Counted from the stretch's first letter, positions 1 through 9,663 are shown. The stretch: 49,981 nt of DNA from Deltaproteobacteria bacterium (GCA_021824125.1 JAKALO010000003.1:1-49981); one strand, 5' to 3'. A program made the numbers and translations. Notes: generated by a model not told the origin, from the letters alone.

Positions 1-1
1 A

Positions 2-517
2 ATGAAGAAAGCATATATTTTCTTCATGGTGTTTTTCGTGTTTATTCTAACATCGTGTGCTGAGACGCGATATATGATGGGCAGTTTCCGTAAAGTTGCC
101 GACGTCGCTCCAAAAAATAAACACAGAAAAACTGCAATTATAACGATGGGTGATATACCGTTTAAATTGAATCAGTTCGAAAATGATCTTCGTGCTCTGG
201 GGTATAATTATATTGGAAATATCTCAAATTGTTACACCCCAAAATATAATAGCCTTTTCGGAAAACGGGGCACAGTTACATCTGAAGTCATTTATCATTC
301 AGCAATGAATTGTGGGGAAAAAGTCGGAGCAGAGGTCGTTATTAAACTCCATGGGGGTGCAAGAGAGCGACAACAGTATCACTCTCCCGGGAAAGTATTG
401 GTTTATACCCAAATAGAGCTCTGGGTTGACATATTTGATATAAAGAAAGGCAAATGGTTGGTTCATAATGATACTGTCCCACTAGAGTATGATAAATTCT
501 TGAGAACTTTGGAATGA
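2..517 (+). CDS. Putative lipoprotein of unknown function in AT-rich DNA, possibly LpoB/CsgG/DUF4136-like alpha/beta fold
   Basis: MKK + hydrophobic stretch + lipobox LTSC (Cys19). C-terminal pattern GEKVGAEVVI...LWVDIFDIKKGKWL recalls the CsgG/LpoB/TolB-N group (fold is inference). GC is about one third versus about two thirds for the rest of the window. Confidence 0.75.
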   Translation: MKKAYIFFMVFFVFILTSCAETRYMMGSFRKVADVAPKNKHRKTAIITMGDIPFKLNQFENDLRALGYNYIGNISNCYTPKYNSLFGKRGTVTSEVIYHSAMNCGEKVGAEVVIKLHGGARERQQYHSPGKVLVYTQIELWVDIFDIKKGKWLVHNDTVPLEYDKFLRTLE

Positions 518-737
518 GTAGGGGAGATTAACTCTTTTATATTTGAATGTGTTGACAATTTAAATATTAGTTTTGTATATATATTTTGGATTAGTGTTCT
601 TATTTAATGATTGATTCTATCTTTATTTGAGTTTAGCCAGACCGTTGTGTTAGGATAGAAGGGCTACAAATTGAAAAAACGTCTGATTTGATTCCGCAGC
701 TTTCCAGCAGGATCGCCGCTACGGGGACCGGCGCGAC

Positions 738-866
738 TGGATGGCCCTCTCCGCGTCGCTGTCACTGGGGCGGAGGGGGATGCTACCCCCCCTCGTGGCG
801 GCCTGGATGCCGGACGCGCTGTTCGCCTTCGCCGGGGCGCTGCTGTTCCGCCGCCGGCACGCATAA
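738..866 (+). pseudogene. Orphan 3' fragment of an LptF/LptG (YjgP/YjgQ) permease gene
   Basis: Reads WMALSASLSLGRRGMLPPLVAAWMPDALFAFAGALLFRRRHA*, matching the characteristic LGxxGxLPPxxAAWxPxxxF C-terminal helices of LptF/LptG. In-frame TGA at 684-686, so the remainder of the gene is not here. Confidence 0.7.
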
Positions 867-904
867 CCGTCGTTGGTCCCGCGGTTACCGGGACGGAGGA
901 TCCC

Positions 905-2173
905 CTACGTCCCCATTTCCCAGGAGGCGAGATATTTTTTCTGCTCGGGGGTCAGGCGGTCTATGCGCACGCCGGTGGCCATGAGCTTCAGCCGCGCGAT
1001 TTCCCGGTCGATCGGCTCGGGGACGTCGTATACCTTATCTTCCAGTTTTTTCCGTTGGCGCACGAGGTATTCCACGGAAAGCGCCTGGTTGGCGAAACTC
1101 ATGTCCATCACGTTGGAGGGATGACCCTCCGCGGCGGCCAGGTTGATGAGCCTCCCCTCCGCCAGCACGTGGAGGGCCCTCCCGTCGCGCATCCGGTACT
1201 CCTCGACGAACGGCCGGATTGTCCGGACCGACTTCGACAGGCGGGCGAGCGCGGGGATGTCGATCTCGACGTTGAAGTGGCCGGAGTTGCAGACGATCGC
1301 GCCGTCCTTCATCTTCTCGAAATGCTCGCGCCGCAGCACGTGGAGGTTCCCGGTAAGCGTGCAGAAGAAGTCCCCCACCTTCGCCGCCTCGGTCATCGGG
1401 ACGACTTCGAACCCGTCCATCAGCGCCTCGAGCGCCGGAAGCGGATCGACCTCCGTCACGAGGACCCGTGCGCCCATGCCCCTTGCGCGCATCGCGAGCC
1501 CGCGGCCGCACCATCCGTACCCCGCTATGACAAAGCATGAACCGGCGAGCAGCCGGTTGGTTGCGCGGAGGATCCCGTCGATCGTGGACTGCCCTGTTCC
1601 GTAACGGTTGTCGAAGAAATGCTTGGTCCGGGCCTCGTTGACCGCGACGATCGGGTAGCGCAGCACCCCCTTGTCCGCCATGGCGCGAAGCCGGATGACC
1701 CCGGTGGTAGTCTCCTCCGTGCCGCCGATCACGTTGTCAAGGTATTCCCTCTTGCCCGTGTGAATCACGGTGACCAGGTCCGCCCCGTCGTCCATCGTCA
1801 CGTGCGGGGCGATGGCGAGCGCCCGGAGTATGTGGCCATAGTAGGTTTTCCGGTTTTCCCCCTTGACCGCGAAGACCCGGATGCCGTCGTGCCGAACCAG
1901 CGATGCGGCGGCGGCGTCCTGCGTGGAGAGCGGGTTGGACGCGCACAGGGACACGGTCGCCCCCCCCGCGGACAGCACCTGCATCAGGCCCGCGGTCTCG
2001 GTGGTCACGTGCAGGCACGCGGCGATGCGGATCCCCTTGAGCGGCTTCTCCTTCGCGAACCGGTCCCCGATGGACCGGAGTACGGGCATGTCCTTCTTCG
2101 CCCACTCTATGCGGTCGCGCCCGGCCGCCGCCAGGCGCACATCCTTCACGTCGTAACCGTTTCCGCGTGCCAT
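905..2173 (-). CDS. ahcY: S-adenosylhomocysteine hydrolase (adenosylhomocysteinase)
   Basis: [52 protein letters not shown] and [12 protein letters not shown] motifs. Real start taken as MARGNGY at 2173, within the longer 905..3391 ORF. Confidence 0.97.
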   Translation of the reverse strand: MARGNGYDVKDVRLAAAGRDRIEWAKKDMPVLRSIGDRFAKEKPLKGIRIAACLHVTTETAGLMQVLSAGGATVSLCASNPLSTQDAAAASLVRHDGIRVFAVKGENRKTYYGHILRALAIAPHVTMDDGADLVTVIHTGKREYLDNVIGGTEETTTGVIRLRAMADKGVLRYPIVAVNEARTKHFFDNRYGTGQSTIDGILRATNRLLAGSCFVIAGYGWCGRGLAMRARGMGARVLVTEVDPLPALEALMDGFEVVPMTEAAKVGDFFCTLTGNLHVLRREHFEKMKDGAIVCNSGHFNVEIDIPALARLSKSVRTIRPFVEEYRMRDGRALHVLAEGRLINLAAAEGHPSNVMDMSFANQALSVEYLVRQRKKLEDKVYDVPEPIDREIARLKLMATGVRIDRLTPEQKKYLASWEMGT

Positions 2174-2193
2174 GACCCTCTTCTCCTTTTCTC

Positions 2194-3357
2194 TCACGCC
2201 TTGAACCCCGCATGCTTGCGGAGCGATTCCTTCCTGTCGGTCCTCTCCCAGGTGAATTCGGGAAGCTCCCGCCCGAAGTGGCCTAGTGCCGCGGTCTTCC
2301 GGTAGATGGGACGGAGCAGGTCCAGGGTTTTCGTGATCATCCCGGGGCGGAGATCGAAGATGTCCCGTATCGCCAGCTCGATCTTCTTCTCCGGGACCCG
2401 CGACGTTCCGAAGGTGTCCACAAGCACCGACACCGGCTCGGCAACCCCGATCGCGTAGGCGAGCTGGAGCTCGCACTTCCTGGCAAGCCCCGCAGCCACC
2501 ACGTTCTTGGCCACGTACCGGGCCATGTACGCCGCCCCCCGGTCCACCTTGGAGGGATCCTTGCCGGAGAAGGCTCCGCCGCCGTGACGGCTGTACCCGC
2601 CGTAGGTGTCGACGATGATCTTGCGGCCGGTCAGGCCCGTGTCGCCGTGGGGGCCGCCCACCACGAACCGGCCCGTGGGGTTTATGTAGTATTTCACGTT
2701 TTTCGCCAGGAGCTCCTTCGGGATGGATTTTTTCACGACCATCTCGACGATTCCCTCGGTGAGCGCCTTCCGGCTGACGTTCTCGGCGTGCTGCGCGGAG
2801 CAGACAACCGCGGTAACCTCCCGGGGGGACCCGTCCACGTAGCGGACCGTCACCTGGCTCTTGCCGTCCGGACGGAGCCACGGGAGCGCCTTCTTTTCCC
2901 TCGCATCGGTCAGCCGGGCGCAGATCCTGTGCGCGAAGGAGATCGGCATCGGCATCAGTTCCTTCGTCTCGTCGCAGGCGTACCCGAACATCATCCCCTG
3001 GTCCCCCGCCCCCTGCTTCTCGTTCGTCCCACGGTCGACCCCGCGCGCGATGTCTTGGGACTGCCGGTCGATCGCGGTGACGACCGCGCAATTGTGGGCG
3101 TCGAACCCCTTGGCGTCGCCTGTATATCCGATGCCCGTTACCGTCTCCCGGACGATTCCGGGGATGTCCAGCATGGCGGTCGTCGTGATCTCCCCGGCGA
3201 CGATCACCAATCCGGTGGTCACCATCGTCTCGCAGGCCACCCTGCCCCTGGGGTCCTGGCGGATGATCTCGTCGAGGACGGCGTCGGAAATCTGGTCCGC
3301 CACCTTGTCCGGATGCCCTCCCGTCACCGATTCCGAAGTGAAAAGAAATTCGCTCAT
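2194..3357 (-). CDS. metK: S-adenosylmethionine synthetase
   Basis: [33 protein letters not shown] and [15 protein letters not shown] signatures. Confidence 0.98.
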   Translation of the reverse strand: MSEFLFTSESVTGGHPDKVADQISDAVLDEIIRQDPRGRVACETMVTTGLVIVAGEITTTAMLDIPGIVRETVTGIGYTGDAKGFDAHNCAVVTAIDRQSQDIARGVDRGTNEKQGAGDQGMMFGYACDETKELMPMPISFAHRICARLTDAREKKALPWLRPDGKSQVTVRYVDGSPREVTAVVCSAQHAENVSRKALTEGIVEMVVKKSIPKELLAKNVKYYINPTGRFVVGGPHGDTGLTGRKIIVDTYGGYSRHGGGAFSGKDPSKVDRGAAYMARYVAKNVVAAGLARKCELQLAYAIGVAEPVSVLVDTFGTSRVPEKKIELAIRDIFDLRPGMITKTLDLLRPIYRKTAALGHFGRELPEFTWERTDRKESLRKHAGFKA

Positions 3358-3398
3358 GCCGCACCGCTCCTGGGAAACAGGGTTTGCCCAACCGACGA

Positions 3399-3404
3399 AT
3401 TATA
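3399..3404 (-). promoter_or_regulatory. Candidate -10 box (TATAAT) for metK-ahcY
   Basis: Perfect TATAAT on the minus strand just after the ptsI stop, about 40 nt before the metK ATG. The -35 match is poor. Confidence 0.4.
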
Positions 3405-3406
3405 CG

Positions 3407-5170
3407 TCAAAAGCGCTCTTCAGGAAACATGTCCTCGAGTTTCTTGCGCAGTATCCTGCCGATCTCGGCGGCGGTCCCGTGGAGCAGCAGGCCACCGACG
3501 AATTCCTTCGCCTCGTATGCGACCGACTTACGCAAGATTCGTTTGACCAGCGGGATCGAGGTCGCGTTCATGCTGAGCTCGTCCATGCCAAGACCCAGGA
3601 GGACAATCGCGTAGAAGGGCTCGCCCGCCATCTCCCCGCACATCGACACGGGAATCCTCGCGTCGTGGGCCCCTTCGACTATCCGCCGGATCAGGCGCAG
3701 GATCGCGGGGTGGAGCGGTTCATAGAGGTACGACACGTGCTCGTTAACGCGGTCGATGGCCAGGGCGTACTGGATAAGGTCGTTCGTCCCTATGCTGAAG
3801 AAATCGGCCTCCTTTGCGAGAAGGTCTGCGACCATCGCCGCGGAGGGGATCTCCACCATGATCCCTATCGGTATCTCCTTGTTGAACGCGACCCTCTTCT
3901 TCCGGAGCTCGGCCTTCGCCTCGTCGACGACGGCGAGCGCCGACCGAAGTTCCGCCACCCCCGAGATCATCGGGAACATCATCCGTACCATCCCGTGGCT
4001 GGACGCCCGCAGGATGGCGCGGATCTGCTGCTTGAAGATATCCTTCTCCTTCAGGCAGAACCGGATGGCCCGCAGGCCCATCGCGGGGTTCATCTCTTCG
4101 GCCAGGTCGATCTGCGAGGCGAACTTGTCGCCTCCGAGGTCGAACGTCCGTATCGTGACCGGGCGTCGCACGAACTTCTCCGCCACCCGCCGGTAGGTCT
4201 GGTATTGCTCCTCCTCGGAAGGAAGGTCTTTCCGGTTCAGGAACAGGAATTCGGTGCGATATAGCCCGATCCCTTCCGCGCCGCGCCGCAGCGCGGCATC
4301 CGCCTCTTCGGGGAATTCGATGTTCGCATGCAGCCGCAGGATCCTGCCGTCCCGGGTGACGGCCGGAAGCCTTGCGAACCGCGCCAGTTCGCGGATGCGG
4401 TGCAGGTACAACTTCTGCTTCTCCGTGTACTCGAGGACCGTCTCGGGAGTGGGCCGGAGGATCACGATCCCCTCCTCGCCGTCGAGGATGACCTCCTCGT
4501 GCTCCGAGTGCTCGTCGGTCACCCGCTCCAGGCCGACCACCGCGGGGATCCCGAGGGACCGCGCGGTGATTGCCGTGTGGGACGTCTTGCTCCCGACGTC
4601 CGTGGCGAAACCCAGGACCGGGCTCTTCAGGATCTGCGCCGTGTCGGCGGGGGAAAGGTCGTGGGCGATAACGATCACCGGATCGCGGATGGACGCGACC
4701 GAGTCGACGGCGCGGCCGGCCAGGTTCTCCAGCACCCGGTGACCGATCTGCCGAAGGTCGTGCCCCCTCTCGCGCAGGTACTGGTCCTCGATGCGGTGGA
4801 ACGTCTCCAGAAGGTTCTGGAGGACCTTGTTGAACGCCCAGTCGGCCTTGAACTGGTTCTCGCGGATGAGCCGGACCGTCTGGTCGACGAGCATCGAGTC
4901 CTCGAGAAGCGCCAGGTGGACGGAGAGAATCTGGTAGTGCTCGGAGGATTGATCCTTCACGCCTTCGCGGATCGCCGAGATCTGGTCCCTGGACCGTGAC
5001 ACCGCCCGCAGGAACGCCGTGACCTCCTCCTCGACCTTCTCCCGCGGGACCGTCGAGTGAACGGAGGACGGCATCGTCCGGTTCAGGAAATACCCCGTGC
5101 CGATCGCGACCCCGGCCGAGGCGGGTATCCCCCGCAGGACTTTCATCTTCGAGCGAGCGCTGTCCGTCAA
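3407..5170 (-). CDS. ptsI: PTS enzyme I (phosphoenolpyruvate-protein phosphotransferase), no GAF domain
   Basis: TSHTAITARSLGIPAVVG (phospho-His), GIGLYRTEFLF, RTFDLGGDK, FFSIGTNDLIQY, MCGEMAG. Start is TTG 5170 (with SD) or ATG 5146. Confidence 0.95.
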   Translation of the reverse strand: MTDSARSKMKVLRGIPASAGVAIGTGYFLNRTMPSSVHSTVPREKVEEEVTAFLRAVSRSRDQISAIREGVKDQSSEHYQILSVHLALLEDSMLVDQTVRLIRENQFKADWAFNKVLQNLLETFHRIEDQYLRERGHDLRQIGHRVLENLAGRAVDSVASIRDPVIVIAHDLSPADTAQILKSPVLGFATDVGSKTSHTAITARSLGIPAVVGLERVTDEHSEHEEVILDGEEGIVILRPTPETVLEYTEKQKLYLHRIRELARFARLPAVTRDGRILRLHANIEFPEEADAALRRGAEGIGLYRTEFLFLNRKDLPSEEEQYQTYRRVAEKFVRRPVTIRTFDLGGDKFASQIDLAEEMNPAMGLRAIRFCLKEKDIFKQQIRAILRASSHGMVRMMFPMISGVAELRSALAVVDEAKAELRKKRVAFNKEIPIGIMVEIPSAAMVADLLAKEADFFSIGTNDLIQYALAIDRVNEHVSYLYEPLHPAILRLIRRIVEGAHDARIPVSMCGEMAGEPFYAIVLLGLGMDELSMNATSIPLVKRILRKSVAYEAKEFVGGLLLHGTAAEIGRILRKKLEDMFPEERF

Positions 5171-5177
5171 GATGCCC

Positions 5178-5453
5178 CTACTCCTCTCCGAATCTTGCGG
5201 CGATAAGGTCGCCGATGGCGGCGACGGCCTGCTCCGCGTCGGGGCCGTCCGCGCTGACGATGATGCGGGACTCCCGGGGAGCCGCAAGCATCAGCACCCC
5301 CATGATGCTCTTTCCGTTGACCTCCACGTCGTCCCTGGAAAGCCGTATCTCCGATGCGAACCGGTTCGCGAGATGGACAAGCCTGGCTGCCGCGCGGGCG
5401 TGCAGCCCCAGGCGGTTCGCGATCTCGAATTCGCGGCTGACGGTCATCGCCAT
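5178..5453 (-). CDS. ptsH: Phosphocarrier protein HPr
   Basis: NRLGLHARAA (His15) and GKSIMGVLML (Ser46) motifs. Confidence 0.95.
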   Translation of the reverse strand: MAMTVSREFEIANRLGLHARAAARLVHLANRFASEIRLSRDDVEVNGKSIMGVLMLAAPRESRIIVSADGPDAEQAVAAIGDLIAARFGEE

Positions 5454-6202
5454 ATGAAGATCGTCCCGATGACCAGCAGGAACAGCATGATCTCCGACGG
5501 TGAAACCGCCTTCCGGAACAGGACCGTGACGATATGGACCGCCAGGAGAGCGACGATGAAGAACCCGACGGCCGACGGCCCTTCTCCCGACATAAAGGCG
5601 GTCTTGCTCGACAACACCCCCGCGTAGGCGCCTCCCAGGATCGCCGCGAGGATCTTGCGGTCTTCGGTCCTCCCCGTGAATCCCGCTTCCTTGAGAAACC
5701 GGACCGCGCTCTCCTCCCCGTCCATGCCCGCCGCGAATCCCTTGAGCCTGACCAAAACGTGCGAAAGGTTGTACAGAAGGAGGAGCGCCGCGATCCCGAG
5801 GGCCGGGTGGATGAGGGACAGGATCGCCCCCGCCACCGAAGCCATGGGTTTCAGCGCCCCCCAGAAGTAGGAGTCACCTATCGCCCCCAGCGACCCCATG
5901 AGGGCGACCTTGAACGTCCCGATCGCGCGCGGGTCCGCCTCACCCGAGGCGACCCGCTCCTCGATCCGCGCCGTCGCCCCCAGGATCACACCCCCCATGG
6001 CAGGGTGCGTGTTGAAGTACTCCAGGTTGCGCTTGAGGGACTTGATGAGGTCCTCGGGCCGCTCGCGGTAGTAGTGCCGCAGCGCGGGAAGGATGCCGTA
6101 TGCGAAACCGACGTTCTGCATCCCCTCGTAGTTCCAGCATCCCTGGAGAAGGAACAGGCGCCACCAGACCTTGCGCCGGACCGAATGCGTCAGCCCGCCC
6201 AT
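5444..6202 (-). CDS. PTS mannose/fructose/sorbose family IID component
   Basis: WNYEGMQNVGFAY, FNTHP and MGSLGAIGDSYFW motifs. Start ATG 6202 overlaps the IIC stop. Confidence 0.92.
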   Translation of the reverse strand: MGGLTHSVRRKVWWRLFLLQGCWNYEGMQNVGFAYGILPALRHYYRERPEDLIKSLKRNLEYFNTHPAMGGVILGATARIEERVASGEADPRAIGTFKVALMGSLGAIGDSYFWGALKPMASVAGAILSLIHPALGIAALLLLYNLSHVLVRLKGFAAGMDGEESAVRFLKEAGFTGRTEDRKILAAILGGAYAGVLSSKTAFMSGEGPSAVGFFIVALLAVHIVTVLFRKAVSPSEIMLFLLVIGTIFIWR

Positions 6203-6900
6203 CAGCCGGCCCACCGGAAGAACAGTGTGGCCGCGAACACCGTCCACATCGTCAGGTAGAACGCGGGGGCCGTGCGGTCGGTGCGGGTGCAGGAGAAGAC
6301 GGAAGCCGCCCCGATGAGCGGGAAGAGGGGAAGCATGACCGCGAACCGGGCCTTGCTCGCAGGGCCGAAACATGGCAGTAGAAGCTTGCCCGCCGCAAGG
6401 CCAAGACCGGAAAACGACAGGGCGAGGACCGTCCCCGAGATGGCGAAAAGGGCCACGCCCGCGAGCAGTCCGTGCTCCACGGCCTGGGAGTCCCCCCGTT
6501 CCACAGACTCGATTGTGAGCGCGGCGATCCTTCCGTTGACGCGTCGGACGAGGCGGTCCACTGCTTTTCCCGTTTCCGCGCAGGGCACCGAGAGGAGCAG
6601 CACGGCGCTGAAGCTGCCCGCGTCGAGGCCTATGGAAGAGGAGGCGACGGCGGCCGCCGCGCCGCCGAACATGGCCGCCCCCGTGTCGTCGGGGGGGGTC
6701 GACGCGCCCACCGGAAGCCGGACGAGGTACAAAAGCTCCAGCACCGCGCCGACCTGCGCGCCTGCAAAAGCGTTTCCGAACACCGCCCCCATCGCGGTGG
6801 CCACGACAAGGGGGCGGTGAAGCATCAACTGGAAGGCGGCCGTCCGGTCAATGTACGCGACTGCCCCGATCGCCGCCACAAGGAGGAGCTGCCAAACCAT
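6202..6900 (-). CDS. PTS mannose/fructose/sorbose family IIC component
   Basis: Hydrophobic; RPLVV, GAVLELLYL and PVGASTPPD motifs; lies between IIB and IID. Confidence 0.9.
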   Translation of the reverse strand: MVWQLLLVAAIGAVAYIDRTAAFQLMLHRPLVVATAMGAVFGNAFAGAQVGAVLELLYLVRLPVGASTPPDDTGAAMFGGAAAAVASSSIGLDAGSFSAVLLLSVPCAETGKAVDRLVRRVNGRIAALTIESVERGDSQAVEHGLLAGVALFAISGTVLALSFSGLGLAAGKLLLPCFGPASKARFAVMLPLFPLIGAASVFSCTRTDRTAPAFYLTMWTVFAATLFFRWAG

Positions 6901-6902
6901 GC

Positions 6903-7379
6903 CTATTTCCGCCCGGGCTCACAGGTAGTCCCGGCCTCGAAGGGGGTGGCGCGCACATTAACCTCGACGCCGTGGTCGCGGAAGTTGTGGACCGCCTCGA
7001 AATCCTCCGGGGAGAAGAACACGGACGGGGAGATTTCCACCTTGCCGGCGGCGTAGTGGAGGTTCCCGATGTTTATGGATGAAAAACGCGTGCCGGAGTT
7101 GTAGACCCGGAGCGCGTCCGAGAAGGTCGAGCAGAGGAGGATCGCCTTCTCCTCGTGGCTGTCGATCCTCTCGAGCTCCTTCGCGACCTCGTCCAGCCGG
7201 CAGAAAACCATGTGGATGGACGGCGGGACCGCAAGCTCCATGACCGACCTGAGGAAGGGGTTCCCGGCCAGGTCGTCGTTGGCCACGACCACGCAGTTGG
7301 CGCCGGTGTGGGGGAGCCAGGTCTCCACCACCTGCCCGTGGATCAGCCGGCAATCCACACGCACCAGCACCAGAGGCAT
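6903..7379 (-). CDS. PTS mannose/sorbose family IIB component
   Basis: RVDCRLIHGQV with the phospho-His; INIGN motif. Confidence 0.93.
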   Translation of the reverse strand: MPLVLVRVDCRLIHGQVVETWLPHTGANCVVVANDDLAGNPFLRSVMELAVPPSIHMVFCRLDEVAKELERIDSHEEKAILLCSTFSDALRVYNSGTRFSSINIGNLHYAAGKVEISPSVFFSPEDFEAVHNFRDHGVEVNVRATPFEAGTTCEPGRK

Positions 7380-7381
7380 GG

Positions 7382-7795
7382 TTACTTCTTCTCCGCCTTT
7401 TTCTTCAGCATGTCCCCGGGAATGGCGATGTTCCGCTGGCCGTACTCCTGGATATGCCGCGCCAGCTCCGGCAGGGACATCGTCGCGCGGGACGCCGGCA
7501 GCTTGATCATCATCGGGAGGTTGACCCCCGTCACCACCTCGACCTGGTGGGTCCCGAGGAACGACAGGCCGATATTGGACGGGGTGCCCCCGAACATGTC
7601 TACCAGGAGAAGAACCCCTTTCCCCAGGTCGACCGTCCGGATCGCCCCCTCCATGGACTGGCGGATCTCGTCCATGCCGGATTTCGGGTCGATGTCGACC
7701 GCGATCGAGTTCTCTATCTTCCCGACGATTCCCTCGGCGACGTTGAGCAGCTCCGAGGCCAGCCTGTTATGGGACACCACGACGATGCCGATCAT
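7382..7795 (-). CDS. PTS mannose/fructose family IIA component
   Basis: MIGIVVVSH, LVDMFGGTPSN, VTGVNLPM. ATG 7795 overlaps the rapZ stop. Confidence 0.93.
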   Translation of the reverse strand: MIGIVVVSHNRLASELLNVAEGIVGKIENSIAVDIDPKSGMDEIRQSMEGAIRTVDLGKGVLLLVDMFGGTPSNIGLSFLGTHQVEVVTGVNLPMMIKLPASRATMSLPELARHIQEYGQRNIAIPGDMLKKKAEKK

Positions 7796-8697
7796 TTCGG
7801 GCTCCTGCCGGGGACGGACGACCGGCCGATATCGCGGTGGATCACGGCGGACCCCGCGGGCAGGCCGGGCCTTTTGGAAAGGGCCTCGGCGACCGCCACG
7901 GACCGGTGCCTCCCGCCCGTGCAACCGATCCCCAGAGTGAAGTATGCCTTCCCTTCCTTTGTATAGAGAGGAAGGAGGAATTGCAAGATGGAGGTCAGCA
8001 GGCGCAGGAACCTGCGCGTGTTCTGCGCCGAAAGGACGTATTCGGCGACCCTACGGTCCAGGCCCGTGAGGTGCTTCAGGCCGGGAACGAAGTTGGGGTT
8101 GGGGAGAAAACGCACGTCCATGACCATGTCCGCCTCCAGGGGTATCCCGTGCCTGTAGCCGAAGGAAACGATGCTTACGTGCAGGCCTTCCGCCTCCTTG
8201 CCGCTGAAGCGGCGAAGGAGCTCGTCGCGGAGCTGGTGGACCGTGAACTCAGACGTGTTGAGCACCGTGTCGGCCATCTCGCGCAGCGGGGTCAGGACCC
8301 GACGCTCGCGCCGGATGGCCTCCTTGGCCCCGCCCCGCCCCGACAGGGGGTGCTTCCGCCGGGTCTCGCTGAAACGGCGCAGGAGCACATCGTCGCCCGC
8401 GTCCAGGAACAGCACCTGCATCCCGTGGCCCTGCCGACGCAGATCCTCGGTCACCCGGGCGAAGTCCGGCAGGAACTCGCGGCCCCGGACGTCGGCGACG
8501 AGCGCGATCCTGGCCCCCTCGCCCCGCGCCTCCGAGACCACGTCGACGATCTTGGGCAGCAGCACCGGGGGGAGGTTGTCGACGCAGAAGTAGCCGACAT
8601 CCTCGAACGCCTTGATCGCCGTGCTCTTCCCCGAACCGGAGACGCCCGTGAGGATGACGACGCAGGCGTGGGTCCGGGCGTTACTGTCGGCCTTCAT
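7792..8697 (-). CDS. rapZ: RapZ/YvcJ family P-loop protein (RNase adapter)
   Basis: TGVSGSGKS, YFCVDNLP, RRFSETRRKHPL, DVRFLPNP, GCTGGRHRSV. Confidence 0.95.
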   Translation of the reverse strand: MKADSNARTHACVVILTGVSGSGKSTAIKAFEDVGYFCVDNLPPVLLPKIVDVVSEARGEGARIALVADVRGREFLPDFARVTEDLRRQGHGMQVLFLDAGDDVLLRRFSETRRKHPLSGRGGAKEAIRRERRVLTPLREMADTVLNTSEFTVHQLRDELLRRFSGKEAEGLHVSIVSFGYRHGIPLEADMVMDVRFLPNPNFVPGLKHLTGLDRRVAEYVLSAQNTRRFLRLLTSILQFLLPLYTKEGKAYFTLGIGCTGGRHRSVAVAEALSKRPGLPAGSAVIHRDIGRSSVPGRSPK

Positions 8698-9632
8698 CGG
8701 GAGGAGTTTTCCTCCGCCCGGCGGGCGTGCCGCTCCACCAGGTCGCGGGCCGAATGGAATCCCTGGCTCTTCAGGATGTGGTTCCTGACAGCCACCTCCA
8801 CGATCGTCGCCAGGTTGCGGCCGGGGGAAACCGGGATGAGAAGCGTCGGTATGGAGACCCCGAGGAAGACGGTCCCCCTGTCCGTAAGGCCGAGGCGGTC
8901 GTACTCCTTACCCGGATCCCATTCCTCGATCTGTATTACCAGCCCCACTTTTTTCAAATCGGAGATCGCTGATAGCCCGAACAGGTCCCGTAGGCTGAGG
9001 ATCCCCAGCCCCCGGATCTCCATGTGGTGCCGGGTGAGCTCGCTCCCGCTCCCGAGTATGGTCGCGGGGCCGCGCTTTTCGAGGATGATGACGTCGTCGG
9101 CGACGATGCGGTGCCCGCGCAGGATGAGGTCCAGCGCGCATTCGCTCTTCCCTATGCCGCTTGGACCCATGAGCATGACACCCAATCCGAGAACATCCAT
9201 CAGCACGCCGTGGACCGTTGCGGTTTCGGCGAAGAGCTGCCCGAGGTGCTGGATGGTTTCCTCGATCAGCCCGGAAGTCGGAAGACCCGACGAAAGGAAG
9301 GGGATGGAGTACCGCTCGGCGGCTTCAACCAGGACGCCCGGAACCCGCACGGAGCCGCACACTATGGCGCAGGCCAGCGGCCCCGAGAAGAAGAAATCGG
9401 CGATCTCCTTCTGCCGCTCCGGGGCCTGGTTGTCGAAGTACGTGATCTCGGTGTCCCCCAGGACCTGGATGCGCCCCTCGTGGATCGACTTCACCTCCCC
9501 GGTCATCGCCAGTCCGGCCTTCTGGACCCGCTGGTCGGAGATTTCCCGCGCCAGGCCGCCGGCTCCCGCGAGCAGCCGTATCCCCAGCGACGCCGCACAG
9601 GACTGCAAAAAACGGTCGACCGTTATGGGCAC
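8694..9632 (-). CDS. hprK: HPr(Ser) kinase/phosphorylase
   Basis: HGVLMDVLGLGV, GPSGIGKSECALDL, ADDV, MEIRGLGI, PGRNLA. GTG start at 9632 inferred. Confidence 0.95.
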   Translation of the reverse strand: MPITVDRFLQSCAASLGIRLLAGAGGLAREISDQRVQKAGLAMTGEVKSIHEGRIQVLGDTEITYFDNQAPERQKEIADFFFSGPLACAIVCGSVRVPGVLVEAAERYSIPFLSSGLPTSGLIEETIQHLGQLFAETATVHGVLMDVLGLGVMLMGPSGIGKSECALDLILRGHRIVADDVIILEKRGPATILGSGSELTRHHMEIRGLGILSLRDLFGLSAISDLKKVGLVIQIEEWDPGKEYDRLGLTDRGTVFLGVSIPTLLIPVSPGRNLATIVEVAVRNHILKSQGFHSARDLVERHARRAEENSSR

Positions 9633-9663
9633 TTCCCGCCTCCCTGGGCCCGGTTTAAACCCT

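Noticed and set aside
664-1124. Short ORFs 664..864 (-), 688..984 (+) and 873..1124 (+)
   Set aside because: Low-complexity Arg/Pro/Gly frames; the region is better explained by the LptF/G C-terminal fragment in another frame and by the ahcY 3' end
3381-3389. GGGCAAACC resembling the start of a c-di-GMP-I (GEMM) riboswitch (also at 20731-20739 on the plus strand)
   Set aside because: The GAAA tetraloop, GACGCAAAG segment and second hairpin are missing, and there is too little room
905-3391. 828-aa ORF suggesting a long N-terminal extension or MetK-AhcY fusion
   Set aside because: The first ~406 codons are an Arg/Gly/Pro-rich alternative frame over metK, expected in high-GC DNA. AhcY has its own ATG at 2173 and no slippery site is evident.
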